DNA of 54,111 bases, from assembly GCA_044356455.1 (NCBI GenBank), contig JBIKWF010000015.1, forward strand, positions 1-54,111, in the 5' to 3' direction. The notes under the pieces are model-generated. The model had not been told where the DNA came from, made no database searches, and was given only the letters and a program-made list of their open reading frames with translations. Both the position numbers and the translations under genes were made by a program. Shown one piece after another: positions 10,712 to 20,747 of this stretch. How positions within the stretch are numbered: position 1 is the first letter of the stretch; the number at the start of each line of letters is the position of its first letter. The stretch comes from Bdellovibrionota bacterium (GTDB lineage: Bacteria > Bdellovibrionota_C > UBA2361 > JBGSMV01).

Positions 10712-10742
10712 TGGTTCACTTCAGAAGGTAGGGAATTTAGCC

Positions 10743-11639
10743 ATGGCAATCACGGACTATTACGGCAACAAGCCAGGAACCACCTATCTGGAGATGTACG
10801 CCGAGTCGAATTCCGGGACAGGAAAGATTATTCATAGGCAACTGAAGGATCAGGAGGCCTATGACGCGTGGCATCTTCAATACTATTTCAAGGAGCTTCT
10901 CAATGATCGTGAGCTCTTCAGAAGAGAATCGCTCACGTTTTCTGAGATTCCCCGAAAAGAGAAGAATATCTTCCTCTATTTACTCCTTCTGACCACACCT
11001 CACGCAGTCGACATTGCGGAACTGGGAAGCTCCCTTTTTGAAATGATAGATGGACTCTACGTTGCCCAGAAATATTTTCTCAGTGCGAGGCCCGACCTTC
11101 CCGCACTTGACCTCGGAAGGCTCCGCTTTCACGGAATCGAACTCTCCGAATTGCTTGCACGCGCATCCAAGGAGCTACACCCCTCAGCCGCCATCACCAC
11201 CTATCCCCATGTCAATGCCTATCAGGGCAAACCAGATATTTTGTACGACCGCAGCGTTTCAAATTATGCGTTCGAGAATTCAGCAGAGGTGGCTGAGTAC
11301 TTCAATCGGGCTCAGGTGACCTTCGCCAATATCTATGTCTCCAAAAATGAGACTTTCTCGGTTGAACGCGTCGGAAAACAGATGGTGTATTTTTCGCTTA
11401 AAGAGCTGCTCGGGCTCCTCAACAAGCCTCTTTTCCACCTCTTCGGAGAAAAAGTCCCCGGCCCCCTCTCCGGTCAGGAACTGAGTAAAGGTCGGCCCGT
11501 AGTTGAAGGATTCTTTCTATGTGCAGAACACGAGGTAGCGCAAAGGATGATGTCTCTCGCAAAGAGCACTCCTGATCTCGCCCACTATTTTCAGGAAAAG
11601 GGCATCGCGCTGCGTGAGGCGCAAGTGCTCCTTAGTTGA
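10743..11639 (+). CDS. Hypothetical protein, possible divergent SAM-methyltransferase fold
   Basis: Long ORF in operon position; IAELGSS and FHGIELS resemble methyltransferase motifs I and II. Confidence 0.55.
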   Translation: MAITDYYGNKPGTTYLEMYAESNSGTGKIIHRQLKDQEAYDAWHLQYYFKELLNDRELFRRESLTFSEIPRKEKNIFLYLLLLTTPHAVDIAELGSSLFEMIDGLYVAQKYFLSARPDLPALDLGRLRFHGIELSELLARASKELHPSAAITTYPHVNAYQGKPDILYDRSVSNYAFENSAEVAEYFNRAQVTFANIYVSKNETFSVERVGKQMVYFSLKELLGLLNKPLFHLFGEKVPGPLSGQELSKGRPVVEGFFLCAEHEVAQRMMSLAKSTPDLAHYFQEKGIALREAQVLLS

Positions 11640-13999
11640 ACACTTAACGCTTCTAGTGATTGACGCACCTCATGATGGGCATTGTTTTCTCCAAAGAGAT
11701 TAAGGAGCACTCGAGCTGCGGTTCGAATGTCCCCCATCTCTGCGTACAGCATTGCCGCGGCATGCAGGACCTCCACACGCCACGGCTGGATGGCGCAGAG
11801 CTTATCGAGATGCCTGCGTGCCTCTACATAATTGCGCTGACATGAATACGCGAGTGCCGCAACAAGTAGCGGCTCTGGCACATCGGTGACAAACGCGAGA
11901 AGCGGCGGCAGCCGTTGCAGAGCGGCTTCTATTTGCCCAGCCGATACTAAGGCTCGAATCGCTTCGGTTTCCGCAACATATTCTGGATTGCACGCCCGCA
12001 CATTTTGAAAATAGCTAAGAGCTTGTACTGTCAACCGATGAGCTTCGCTTGACTCGGGGAAGATCCTGAGCAGTCTCTCCGCAACGGGGTAAATACCGCC
12101 TGCGACGAGAAGCGTGGGCAAGAGAGGTTGGTATTTCATGGTCAAAGGAGCCAGCGCGTGGACATGGATATGCTGAGGTAGAAGTGCAATGGCTCGGTGC
12201 AGTACTCCTTCCGCAATTGACGTGGGGAGCTCGGTGAGAAGCTGGTCAAGGGGAGCGAGGATGTCGCACAAATCTATCGAAGTGCTGCGATGAGGTAGTT
12301 GAAAGATGCTCGTTCTGCGTACCTTTTCATGACCGACGACCAACCCACGGGGTACTGAAACTGCTCCGGACCTAAGAATGGTGCTAAAGAGCAGCGCCAA
12401 AGAGCCATAACAACCTACTCCGTAGCTCCACGTACAGTGCTCAAGAGCACTGCGCTTCAGAAGTGCCTGGCTAAGCGCGAAAGGAACGTCAGAGAGGTCG
12501 CTACGGCCTAAGGTAAGCATGACTCTAAGGGGATCTAAATAGGCTTCTGCACCGGAGAGTACGCGGTCAATGAAATGAGCCATCTCGAATTCTGACTTCT
12601 CCAAGCCTATACGATTTGCGAATGCCGCCTCCGCTTCAGGGAAACATTCAAGCGCCGAAAGAAGCGCAGGGATGAATCGCGGCCTGCGAGAAAGAGTGTG
12701 TCTATCAGCAAACATGAAAAATGCCGCGTTCGATTGATTGAGGGCAGATTGAGCAAGCTCTCGCGACATACTTCGAAAAATACCTGGAATAACTTTGCAG
12801 TGCGAGGGAAGTCGCGCAAGGCTCGCGGCCGAGGACTCGTAGCCTCTAACAATAAGTATCTCCGTGTCCGGGGGGCACCAGGTGGCGAGTTGATTCCACA
12901 TGGCGTGAGTGCACTCTGCCTCAGTCTCAATCCAGAAGAGAAGCGCGGTAGAGCGTGGTGCCAGAGTTTTCGGACGCGGTATAGGGGCCTCGATTAAAGA
13001 CAGGGCTTCTTCAAAAGTTTTCTTAGCGTCCTGTTCAATGGCAAGCCACTCTGCATCGATTTGGTCGGCATGATACCGAATAGGCACCCTGACAGATGAA
13101 AGCTGCTCGGGAGATGCTTCCGTTCTTGCAAGCAGCGCTATCTGAGCCTTGCAAAGCGGAGGGCAATTCATATCAGGCAGCATGTACTCTGGATTCGACA
13201 GCTCGTAGGCGCAGTAGTCGTCGGAGTCGCTGATGACTAGTGGCGCAATTCCAGGACAAGCCTCATAGAGGTAATCCCTATCAATCGTAGAGGTGAGAGG
13301 AACTTCGGGATGAGTGGGATAGATATAGATAGGCTGTAAGTGAAAAATGTATATTAAATGCCCATTCGTCCCCATGTTCCACCATACCAGCGAGGGGTAC
13401 GCGTTACCGACGGGATTCCCCCAGCGGAGCACCTCGGTGGCAGGATGAAGATGATTTGAGGCAAAGCGAACCAGCTCACGAGGAGAAAACACTTTGAGCG
13501 ATCCACCGGGCATGAAGCGAGATCTAAGTTCCTCGGTTATCGAAGTACGGTTAAGTCGTTGTGCAGCAACACCAACAACCCGATTTCCCTGCAAGCCTTT
13601 CATGGCAATGCCTACAAGAGCGCCATCGGCATACAGCACGTCGGGGGCAAGAAAAGAAAACGCAGCATTAGACGCTCGTCCCTCTTCGATGAAGGCTGCA
13701 TGGCAGAGAGAAAAGTTTAGGTGGTGATGTTTCTTCTCCGTATCTACCCCTTGAATGTCCTCGAGGAAGCGTATGACGACCGGGAGAGTTGAAGATAATT
13801 TTTGGAATGAGGGGGTAGCCTCAAGCGCGGCAAGGTCTTCTTTCTTGGTGTAGAGCCAAAATGAGCAGGGATACATAGTGCGCACCGCCGGCAAATTGCT
13901 AGGGTAGAGCATGGTTTGGAGCCCAAACTCCGCGAAGTACTTCGTAAAGGTCGCCCCCCAGACGACACATACGAATCTTATTTCGGCCGGTGAATTCAT
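11591..13999 (-). CDS. 'VWG' family putative glycosyltransferase (paralogue 2) with C-terminal TPR
   Basis: VVWGATF...PSNLPA, APDVLYADGAL, HLHP and DSDDYC; TPR-like helices at the C-terminus. Confidence 0.65.
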   Translation of the reverse strand: MNSPAEIRFVCVVWGATFTKYFAEFGLQTMLYPSNLPAVRTMYPCSFWLYTKKEDLAALEATPSFQKLSSTLPVVIRFLEDIQGVDTEKKHHHLNFSLCHAAFIEEGRASNAAFSFLAPDVLYADGALVGIAMKGLQGNRVVGVAAQRLNRTSITEELRSRFMPGGSLKVFSPRELVRFASNHLHPATEVLRWGNPVGNAYPSLVWWNMGTNGHLIYIFHLQPIYIYPTHPEVPLTSTIDRDYLYEACPGIAPLVISDSDDYCAYELSNPEYMLPDMNCPPLCKAQIALLARTEASPEQLSSVRVPIRYHADQIDAEWLAIEQDAKKTFEEALSLIEAPIPRPKTLAPRSTALLFWIETEAECTHAMWNQLATWCPPDTEILIVRGYESSAASLARLPSHCKVIPGIFRSMSRELAQSALNQSNAAFFMFADRHTLSRRPRFIPALLSALECFPEAEAAFANRIGLEKSEFEMAHFIDRVLSGAEAYLDPLRVMLTLGRSDLSDVPFALSQALLKRSALEHCTWSYGVGCYGSLALLFSTILRSGAVSVPRGLVVGHEKVRRTSIFQLPHRSTSIDLCDILAPLDQLLTELPTSIAEGVLHRAIALLPQHIHVHALAPLTMKYQPLLPTLLVAGGIYPVAERLLRIFPESSEAHRLTVQALSYFQNVRACNPEYVAETEAIRALVSAGQIEAALQRLPPLLAFVTDVPEPLLVAALAYSCQRNYVEARRHLDKLCAIQPWRVEVLHAAAMLYAEMGDIRTAARVLLNLFGENNAHHEVRQSLEALSVQLRSTCASRSAMPFS

Positions 14000-14100
14000 G
14001 TACTGAGCTTTGCCCGCTTGGAAAAACCTCGATCGCCTCTGAAACTCTGTAGGGCAATGAAGCGTTACTCCCTCTTCGGAGCTTTACAGCTCATTAGGAC

Positions 14101-14128
14101 AACCACTAAGACCACAGAGACCACAAAG
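14101..14128. repeat. Solo fragment of MITE family A hairpin arm
   Basis: Exact 28-bp reverse complement of 1229-1256. Confidence 0.7.
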
Positions 14129-14428
14129 AACAAGTTCCTCTGTAGCTCTCTCCGCGGGGGGAGTGCCCCGTTGCTTCTACCGCATCTCGTGCCAGAAATT
14201 TCCTGCGGGGCAGACCCCTAGAGTACGTTGACCCGCTGGCCTTTGAGTGAGATGACTCTACGAGGTCTTTCGCCGCATTAAACTGGTGCAAAGACAGGGT
14301 ATTTTCTGTAGAATTCCCGCTACTAAGCCTCTTCTTACGGCATCAGAAGAGCAGGGGTAACGGGTAGGACCGCTCAGGGCTCCTTTGGCAAGTAGTTCCC
14401 CCATTCAAGGAAATCCCAAGGAGGGACT

Positions 14429-15436
14429 ATGATTGATTCACCGGATGGAGTGACCGCTCAGAACTTAGCAGCAGAGTTCAAGGACATAGAAGCCAACCTC
14501 AACTTCAAATCGATCGATGAGGCCCTTCATTTCCCCCGCTTCGTGCAAATTGAGACCACCAGGCTTTGCAACGCAAAATGCCCCTTTTGTGCCATTGAAA
14601 AATGGGACAAATCGGTGCCGCTCATGTCGGATGTTCTATTCGACAAAATTGTAAATGAAATTAAAGATTACGCGCCCTGGATTCGCTGGGTAAACATCCA
14701 GAAAGCTGGCGAACCAATGATTGATAAAAAGATCTGCAAGAGAATTAAACAGGTCAAAGATGCAGGCATTAAGATGGTCACCCTTTCGACCAATGCTTCG
14801 CTACTAAACGATAAACGCTCCCGTGAACTTATTGCCTCAGGCCTCGACGAGATCATGTTCTCCATCGATTCCATCGAGAAGAAAGAATATGAGGAGATGC
14901 GCGTGGGGCTTAACTACGAAGAGGTTATGGAGAATATCCACAACTTCTTTAAACTGCGGAATGAGCTTCGTCCTGAAATGATGATCCGCGTGCGCGGCGT
15001 TTCTTTCTTCGACCTTACCGATGCACAAGAGAAAGCAAAACTTGAAGCCTGGGAACGATATTGGGCTAAGCTCATGAAAGACAACGACCGCGTCTACATG
15101 AAGAAGGCTCATAACTGGGGAAATCAGAAAGCCTGGGACGGCCATACTCCTCAGTACCACGATATTTATCACCCCTGCATTATTCCCTGGTCAACTATTA
15201 CCATTTCCGCCATGGGCATCGTGGGACTATGCGTGCAGGATTACGATTCGACCCACAACCTTGGCGACGTCAACAAGCAAACTATTGCAGAAATCTGGAA
15301 GGGCGAGGGCTGGCAGCGCATTCGTGAGCTGCATGCGACTGGTCGACGAAATGAAATCGAAATGTGCCGTGGATGCAGGTTGTACGACAAAGCGCACAGC
15401 ATGGAGAAGGACAACGTAATTTTGCGAGGACTGTAA
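14429..15436 (+). CDS. Radical SAM / SPASM(twitch) domain protein
   Basis: CNAKCPFC (CxxxCxxC), GEP, STNA, and C-terminal CIIPW...GLC...CRGC. Confidence 0.9.
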   Translation: MIDSPDGVTAQNLAAEFKDIEANLNFKSIDEALHFPRFVQIETTRLCNAKCPFCAIEKWDKSVPLMSDVLFDKIVNEIKDYAPWIRWVNIQKAGEPMIDKKICKRIKQVKDAGIKMVTLSTNASLLNDKRSRELIASGLDEIMFSIDSIEKKEYEEMRVGLNYEEVMENIHNFFKLRNELRPEMMIRVRGVSFFDLTDAQEKAKLEAWERYWAKLMKDNDRVYMKKAHNWGNQKAWDGHTPQYHDIYHPCIIPWSTITISAMGIVGLCVQDYDSTHNLGDVNKQTIAEIWKGEGWQRIRELHATGRRNEIEMCRGCRLYDKAHSMEKDNVILRGL

Positions 15437-15453
15437 GGCCTTCGTGAACTTAG

Positions 15454-15582
15454 GGAGTCTCTGAAAAAGTCCGCTCTGTGAACTCTGTGCCCTCTGTGGT
15501 TGATTTAAATTGTTGAAAAACCACAGAGGACACAGAGAACACGGAGAGAAAAAATATAATATCGAGGTTTCTCAGAGGTTCC
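15454..15582. mobile_element. MITE family A
   Basis: GGAGTCTCTGAAAA...CTCAGAGGTTCC with TTAG on both sides (15450-15453, 15583-15586); internal CCTCTGTGGTT...AACCACAGAGG hairpin. Confidence 0.75.
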
Positions 15583-15661
15583 TTAGGTAGAAGTTGTCCA
15601 GGGTTGATCTCCCCATTCACCTTCCGTGATGAAAGGGCAGATCGACTGAAGGCGCCGCCGC

Positions 15662-16597
15662 TTGTTGAAAGAGCTTATGGAACATCCCTCAAGCGATGAC
15701 CTCGCGATGATGCTGCTCATTCGGCGAGCTGAAGAAACTCTTCTACAATTATTCTCGGAAGGTCGTCTCAACGGCACGGTACACACGGGCATCGGCCAAG
15801 AGTCATGTGCCGTCGGAGTCCTCTCTGCTCTTGAACTTTCCCGCGATATTGTCGTTTCAAATCACCGCTGCCATGGGCATTTTCTCGCTTACGGTGGCCC
15901 TCTTACAGGTCTCTTTGCTGAGATTATGGGAAGAGTATCAGGAATTTGCCATGGCGTTGGGGGAAGCCAGCATCTTCATTTCCGCAACTTTTATTCAAAC
16001 GGAATCCTTGGCGGAACGATTGGCATGGCGACCGGCATGGCCTTCGCTGAGAAACAAAAGGACACGGGCGCACTCACCTGCGTCTTTATGGGTGATGGTG
16101 CCCTCGGAGAGGGACTCGTCTACGAGTCCTTCAATATGGCAGCGCTTTGGAAATTGCCAATACTTTACGTGATTGAAGCAAATGGCATCGCGCAAAGTAC
16201 GCATACGCTGCGGACGACAGCAGGCAACATCGCGGATCGCCCCCACGCGTTCGGGATTCCCACGCAAGAACTTCCTCCCTCACCCCCGAAGACTATCGCA
16301 AACACCGCGCGAGCACTCGCCACTGAAGCGCGAAAGGGAGTTGGTCCGCAGTGCCTTATCCTACAAACCTACCGATTAGGCCCTCACAGTAAGGGGGATG
16401 ACGACCGCAGTAAGGAAGCACTTCTGCAGGCCCGGGAACAGGATATCCTGACGCGCCTGCTCAAGGAGCTTTTGCCTGAACAAGTGGATGCACTTGAGAC
16501 ACAAGTCGCAAGTCTCATTACGACGGCCCTACTCGAAGCTGAAAAGGGAGAGATGCTCAGCGAGAGCGCTATGCGGGGGCTCTTCCATGGCGCCTAG
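15662..16597 (+). CDS. TPP-dependent 2-oxoacid/acetoin dehydrogenase E1 alpha subunit
   Basis: HTGIGQE, SNHRCHGH, GGSQH, GDGALGEG...N TPP motif and HSKGDD. Confidence 0.92.
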   Translation: MLKELMEHPSSDDLAMMLLIRRAEETLLQLFSEGRLNGTVHTGIGQESCAVGVLSALELSRDIVVSNHRCHGHFLAYGGPLTGLFAEIMGRVSGICHGVGGSQHLHFRNFYSNGILGGTIGMATGMAFAEKQKDTGALTCVFMGDGALGEGLVYESFNMAALWKLPILYVIEANGIAQSTHTLRTTAGNIADRPHAFGIPTQELPPSPPKTIANTARALATEARKGVGPQCLILQTYRLGPHSKGDDDRSKEALLQAREQDILTRLLKELLPEQVDALETQVASLITTALLEAEKGEMLSESAMRGLFHGA

Positions 16598-17600
16598 CAA
16601 AGTCACCTTTCTTTCATCTTTAAATGCAGCCTTGCATGCCCTGTGCGCAGCCGACCCGTCCGTATACCTTCTAGGAGAGGACATTACCGACCCCTATGGC
16701 GGGGCATTTAAGGTAACGAAAGGCCTTTCATCGGCGTATCCTGAGCGCGTCTTCTCAACCCCAATCAGCGAGGCCGGAATTGTGGCTCTTTCGGGAGGCA
16801 TGGCCCTTAGGGGCCTGCGCCCAATTGTAGAAATTATGTTCGGCGATTTTATTGCCCTATGCGCCGATCAGATTCTAAATCACCTCAGCAAGTATCCTTT
16901 CATGTATGGGCAGCCAATCAAGGTACCTGTCGTCATCAGAACTCCCGTGGGAGGTGGCCGCGGCTACGGTCCCACCCATAGCCAGTCTCTTGAGAAACTT
17001 TTTTTGGGGGTTCCAGGCCTTAAGGTAATTGCGCCCTCCGTCTTTCATGTCCCTGGCCAATGCCTTATCGCAAGCACAAAACTCAATACCCCCGTACTCT
17101 TCCTTGAGCATAAACTTTCCTATCCCGAGGAGCTTTTCACTACGGAGAGCGCTCCAGAGCTTACCTTTGAGCGTGGGGAGGAAGAAGCCTTCCCCACTGC
17201 TCGGCTTAGAAATTTTTCCTCTGGCAGCGCTGAAGTTTCCTTCGTGTGCTACGGCGGGAGTGCCCTGCTCCTTAGGAAAGTTCTTACCCGCCTGGCTCAG
17301 GAAGAGATCTCTGCCCAAGCTTTTGTGCCTTCGCTCCTTAACTCGAAGAATCCCTCTTTTATCCAGGAATGCGCAGCTACTACGACCCGCGGCTGCATAC
17401 TCGTTGAAGAGGGCACAGAAGGGTTTAACTGGAGCTCAGAAATTGCCAGCCGCATCCAAGGAAGCAGCACGCAAAAGCCCATAGCTATCACTCGCATCTG
17501 CCCCACCATGCCGATTCTACCAACTTGTAAGAGCGCAGAGAGTGCCATCTTGCCCTCTGCCGAGAAGCTCGTGCATGCTGCCTTCAAATTAATTTCCTAA
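16587..17600 (+). CDS. 2-oxoacid dehydrogenase E1 beta subunit (transketolase C-like)
   Basis: GEDITDPYGGAFKVTKGL, TPISE, EIMFGDF and GPTHSQS; ATG 16587 overlaps the end of E1 alpha. Confidence 0.92.
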   Translation: MAPSKVTFLSSLNAALHALCAADPSVYLLGEDITDPYGGAFKVTKGLSSAYPERVFSTPISEAGIVALSGGMALRGLRPIVEIMFGDFIALCADQILNHLSKYPFMYGQPIKVPVVIRTPVGGGRGYGPTHSQSLEKLFLGVPGLKVIAPSVFHVPGQCLIASTKLNTPVLFLEHKLSYPEELFTTESAPELTFERGEEEAFPTARLRNFSSGSAEVSFVCYGGSALLLRKVLTRLAQEEISAQAFVPSLLNSKNPSFIQECAATTTRGCILVEEGTEGFNWSSEIASRIQGSSTQKPIAITRICPTMPILPTCKSAESAILPSAEKLVHAAFKLIS

Positions 17601-17612
17601 GCGGTGCGCGGC

Positions 17613-18725
17613 ATGAAGCAAATACCTGTTCCGCAGATTAATGCGAATGAAACTTCAGCCAAGCTTGCGCGAATTCGCGCAGCCGGACCTGTGGAAGCAG
17701 GGGAAATCGTCGCCGAACTTGAGAGCTCAAAGTCTCTCGTTGATGTTCACACCGATACGAAGGGCTTCTTTCAGCCAGTCGCTCTTGTGGGCCAAATGGT
17801 CGAGGTAGGCTCCCTACTTGGAGTAGTGAGCCAAGAACCGCTTTCCCAGGATGAGCTCCTCAAGCTATGCGCGCCTCCCACTCCTTCGGTAACGGGCGCC
17901 AATGAATCCCTGCGCTGGACAAAAAAGGCTGAGCTGCTCGCCCAAGCCAATGGGATAGATATTGCATCTCTGGTTACGGAGTCAGGTACCGTTAAAGAAG
18001 CCGACGTTCAGAAGGCCCTCAAGTTAAAGGCTTCGAAAACAACCGACATGCCACTGCGCTATGCGGGAAGCACGAATCCCGATGCCAAGCGGCTGCTTAT
18101 CCTGGGCTCCGGCATGGCAGCGATGCAGGTGCTTGATGCCGTGAGCCGCATTCCCACCCTTGTGCCTTGCGGGATTCTTGATGACGACCCCAAGAAGTTG
18201 GGAAGTAGCGTCTTTGGAGTGAAGGTCTTGGGCCCACTTTCTCTTGCCGACGAGCTCTGGAGCAGTGCTCAGTTCGATGTTGCCGTATGCTTGCTCACGA
18301 ATAACCGTGAACTTCGCCGCAGCCTATTCTCCAGGCTTCAAGACAAGAAGATTCCTTTTGCAAATGTGATTGACCCTTCGGTGCTCATACAATCTCAAGT
18401 TAACTTCGGGCAGGGAAATGTAATCCTGGGTCAGAGTTTTCTTGGGCTTTGCTCCGAGGTAGGGAACAACAATTTCATGAGCGGTGGAACACACCTCGAG
18501 CATCACAATAAAATTGGAAGTCACAACACCTTTGGTCCGGGCGTCTTCACTTCTGCGGCAGTTCACATAGGAGATAACGTAAAATTTGGCACAGGGATTT
18601 TCATCGAGCCGCACGTTGAGATAGGCAATGAATGCGTGGTGGCATCGGGAAGCATTCTCACAAAGTCAGTGCCGCCTCACAGCATTGTTAAGATGAAATC
18701 TGTAACCACTGTGGTGAGCAAATAA
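17613..18725 (+). CDS. Lipoyl-domain + peripheral-subunit-binding domain + PglD/NeuD-type left-handed beta-helix sugar acyltransferase fusion
   Basis: VPQINANE...GEIVAELESSKS...G (lipoyl hairpin Lys); TKKAELLAQANGID...GTVKEADV (PSBD); LLILGSG...GILDDD...GVKVLG (PglD N-domain); hexapeptide repeats with LEHH. Confidence 0.8.
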   Translation: MKQIPVPQINANETSAKLARIRAAGPVEAGEIVAELESSKSLVDVHTDTKGFFQPVALVGQMVEVGSLLGVVSQEPLSQDELLKLCAPPTPSVTGANESLRWTKKAELLAQANGIDIASLVTESGTVKEADVQKALKLKASKTTDMPLRYAGSTNPDAKRLLILGSGMAAMQVLDAVSRIPTLVPCGILDDDPKKLGSSVFGVKVLGPLSLADELWSSAQFDVAVCLLTNNRELRRSLFSRLQDKKIPFANVIDPSVLIQSQVNFGQGNVILGQSFLGLCSEVGNNNFMSGGTHLEHHNKIGSHNTFGPGVFTSAAVHIGDNVKFGTGIFIEPHVEIGNECVVASGSILTKSVPPHSIVKMKSVTTVVSK

Positions 18726-18771
18726 GCCGGCGATGGGCACCAAGGAGGACTCTTTAAGAGACCTCTTAGTA

Positions 18772-19536
18772 CTATCCCCGCTTCTTCACCAGCAACGTGA
18801 GTTCCATACTTACTCGCGTCCTTTGACCTTGGTGAGGTACGCCGCCGTGTAGAAGATTCTCGTGGAACACGAGGCAATCTCCGGGCCGGCTATTAAAAAT
18901 ACGAATATCTATTTTGCTTTCATCTTCTAGAATCTGAGGTTTCATCACGCCGTGGCGATGCTCAGCGCGGTATTCCCACTCCCTAAGATGCGAACCCGGA
19001 ACATACTTGAGGCCACTTACCCCCGTTTCGACATGGATTGCGGACCAAACTTTCACGGTCTCGGTCCCCGCGGGCCACGTTACGTTTGAAACTCGGTGGA
19101 ACCAAATGTCGGCGTGAAGGGGTCCGACATCTTCAGGGTGATGCGGCCTCACCAGCCTCCATATCAGCTCTTCATGCCCAACATTCTCTTCATCAGAAAT
19201 AGCAAAGGGGCCGAATTCTTCGGTCAATCTCTTGAATACTGAGAACTCGCGAATTTCATTCTTGGCACTTTCAGGCAAAATGCGCTCAACCTTGGGCCAC
19301 GTCTTTACGTGATCCAAAAGATGAGCCTTTTCATGATACCTATCGAGCCCAAGGGCTGCGAATTCATCGACGTGTTGGGGAGCACAAACCGAAATGCGCC
19401 GAAGATACTGGGCCGTAATAAGCTCTCGCACGCGGGCAAGCTCCTCGGGTGTAAAACTCAGCATGAGCGAGCAGCCCATGTCCCCAAATACGGCTTCCCG
19501 GACCGATTCATGTTTCATTTCTGCTGGAATTGCCAT
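18772..19536 (-). CDS. PhyH-family 2OG-Fe(II) dioxygenase
   Basis: WRLVRP, GPLHAD, PGSH, LLHGG and RVSMELT; start uncertain (19518/19536/19584). Confidence 0.8.
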   Translation of the reverse strand: MAIPAEMKHESVREAVFGDMGCSLMLSFTPEELARVRELITAQYLRRISVCAPQHVDEFAALGLDRYHEKAHLLDHVKTWPKVERILPESAKNEIREFSVFKRLTEEFGPFAISDEENVGHEELIWRLVRPHHPEDVGPLHADIWFHRVSNVTWPAGTETVKVWSAIHVETGVSGLKYVPGSHLREWEYRAEHRHGVMKPQILEDESKIDIRIFNSRPGDCLVFHENLLHGGVPHQGQRTRVSMELTLLVKKRG

Positions 19537-19608
19537 AGATGCTCCGAAACAAACATAAGCTGCAGGCGTATCTCCCACTATCACGAGAACTATTATTCTG
19601 AAAACTAT

Positions 19609-19739
19609 GGAATCTCTGAGAAAGCCCCCCTTCGTACTCTTCGTGTCCTTCGCGCCAAACCCAAATATTTCGGGTTCGCCTTACATTCGGAGATAACGCG
19701 AGGGACACGAAGGGGAAAAAGAGGTTCTTCAGAGGTTCC
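19609..19739. mobile_element. MITE family A variant
   Basis: GGAATCTCTGAG...TTCAGAGGTTCC flanked by CTAT/CTAA; internal CTTCGTGTCCTTCGCG...CGCGAGGGACACGAAG hairpin. Confidence 0.65.
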
Positions 19740-20024
19740 CTAACTTTCGGTAGTAGGTTCAAGGTACCACATTGCTAGGCCTCCCAGGCGGCACAGACAG
19801 CCCCAGATTCCCCTCTTCTCCGGGCGAGATTTATCCCACCTGGGCTAGTGTACCTTGGATACGCCGCATCCTGTCTATATTTTTTTGTACTCGAAATAAC
19901 TGATGAATGGTAAACATGAGTAAATAACTCGGCGCCTCAGTCGTAGCAGGAGGTCCCTGAAGGCACGGGGATTGGCGCCAGTTTTATAGTTAGATTCAAG
20001 TTTAGTTAGAGAACGGAGTTCAGT

Positions 20025-20747
20025 ATGGGCGAGAAGAATCTTAGGCATCATGAAATACTTCTTCCTGTTCAGCCTGCCATACTGAGAAACAACGATGCCT
20101 CAAGGCCGGAGTTCTATCCTGAGTTGTTGAACTTTCTTCTCTTGAATAGCCATATAAAATTTCCGGAGGAGCGCTTTAAACTCACGCTCCCGGAAGGAAT
20201 CACGCACGCGGACTTCGGTTCAAACCTTGTGACGCTTCAATTCCTTGAATTCCTCGCGCGACTGCTGCAGCCCAAGCGCGTTCTTGAGATTGGCGCATTT
20301 GTTGGTGTCTCAAGCATGATTCTCGCTTCCGCACTGACCGGAACGGGCAAGTTGGTCACACTCGAGAAATTCTCGAAGTTTGCGGATGCGGCCCGAACCA
20401 ATTTCCGCGACAATAAATTGGACTCTCGGATTGAGCTTCTTGAAGGGGACGCCGCAGCACTCACCGGAGAAATCGAGAAGCGTGGCCCCTACGATTTCAT
20501 TTTCCTTGATGGCGATAAGGGGAACTACGAGTTTTACTACAAGACCTTCTTTCCTCAGCTCTCAGTCGGAGGACTGTTCATCGTGGATGACGTGCTCTTT
20601 CATGGGGACACCCTCAACGCCACACCTGAAACAGAGAAGGGAGCGGGAGTAAAGAATTTTCTTGCTCTTGCTCGGGAGCAGCCTGGAATCTTTTCGGTCA
20701 TTCTCCCCTACGGCAACGGAATTATGCTCATTCGAAAAGAGAAGTAG
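20025..20747 (+). CDS. O-methyltransferase (caffeoyl-CoA/COMT-like family 3)
   Basis: VLEIGAFVGVS, FIFLDGDKGNY and VDDVLF. Confidence 0.88.
   Translation: MGEKNLRHHEILLPVQPAILRNNDASRPEFYPELLNFLLLNSHIKFPEERFKLTLPEGITHADFGSNLVTLQFLEFLARLLQPKRVLEIGAFVGVSSMILASALTGTGKLVTLEKFSKFADAARTNFRDNKLDSRIELLEGDAAALTGEIEKRGPYDFIFLDGDKGNYEFYYKTFFPQLSVGGLFIVDDVLFHGDTLNATPETEKGAGVKNFLALAREQPGIFSVILPYGNGIMLIRKEK

Noticed and set aside
15662..17600. Housekeeping pyruvate dehydrogenase (pdhAB)
   Set aside because: No E2 catalytic domain or E3, and the genes sit inside a sugar-modification island.
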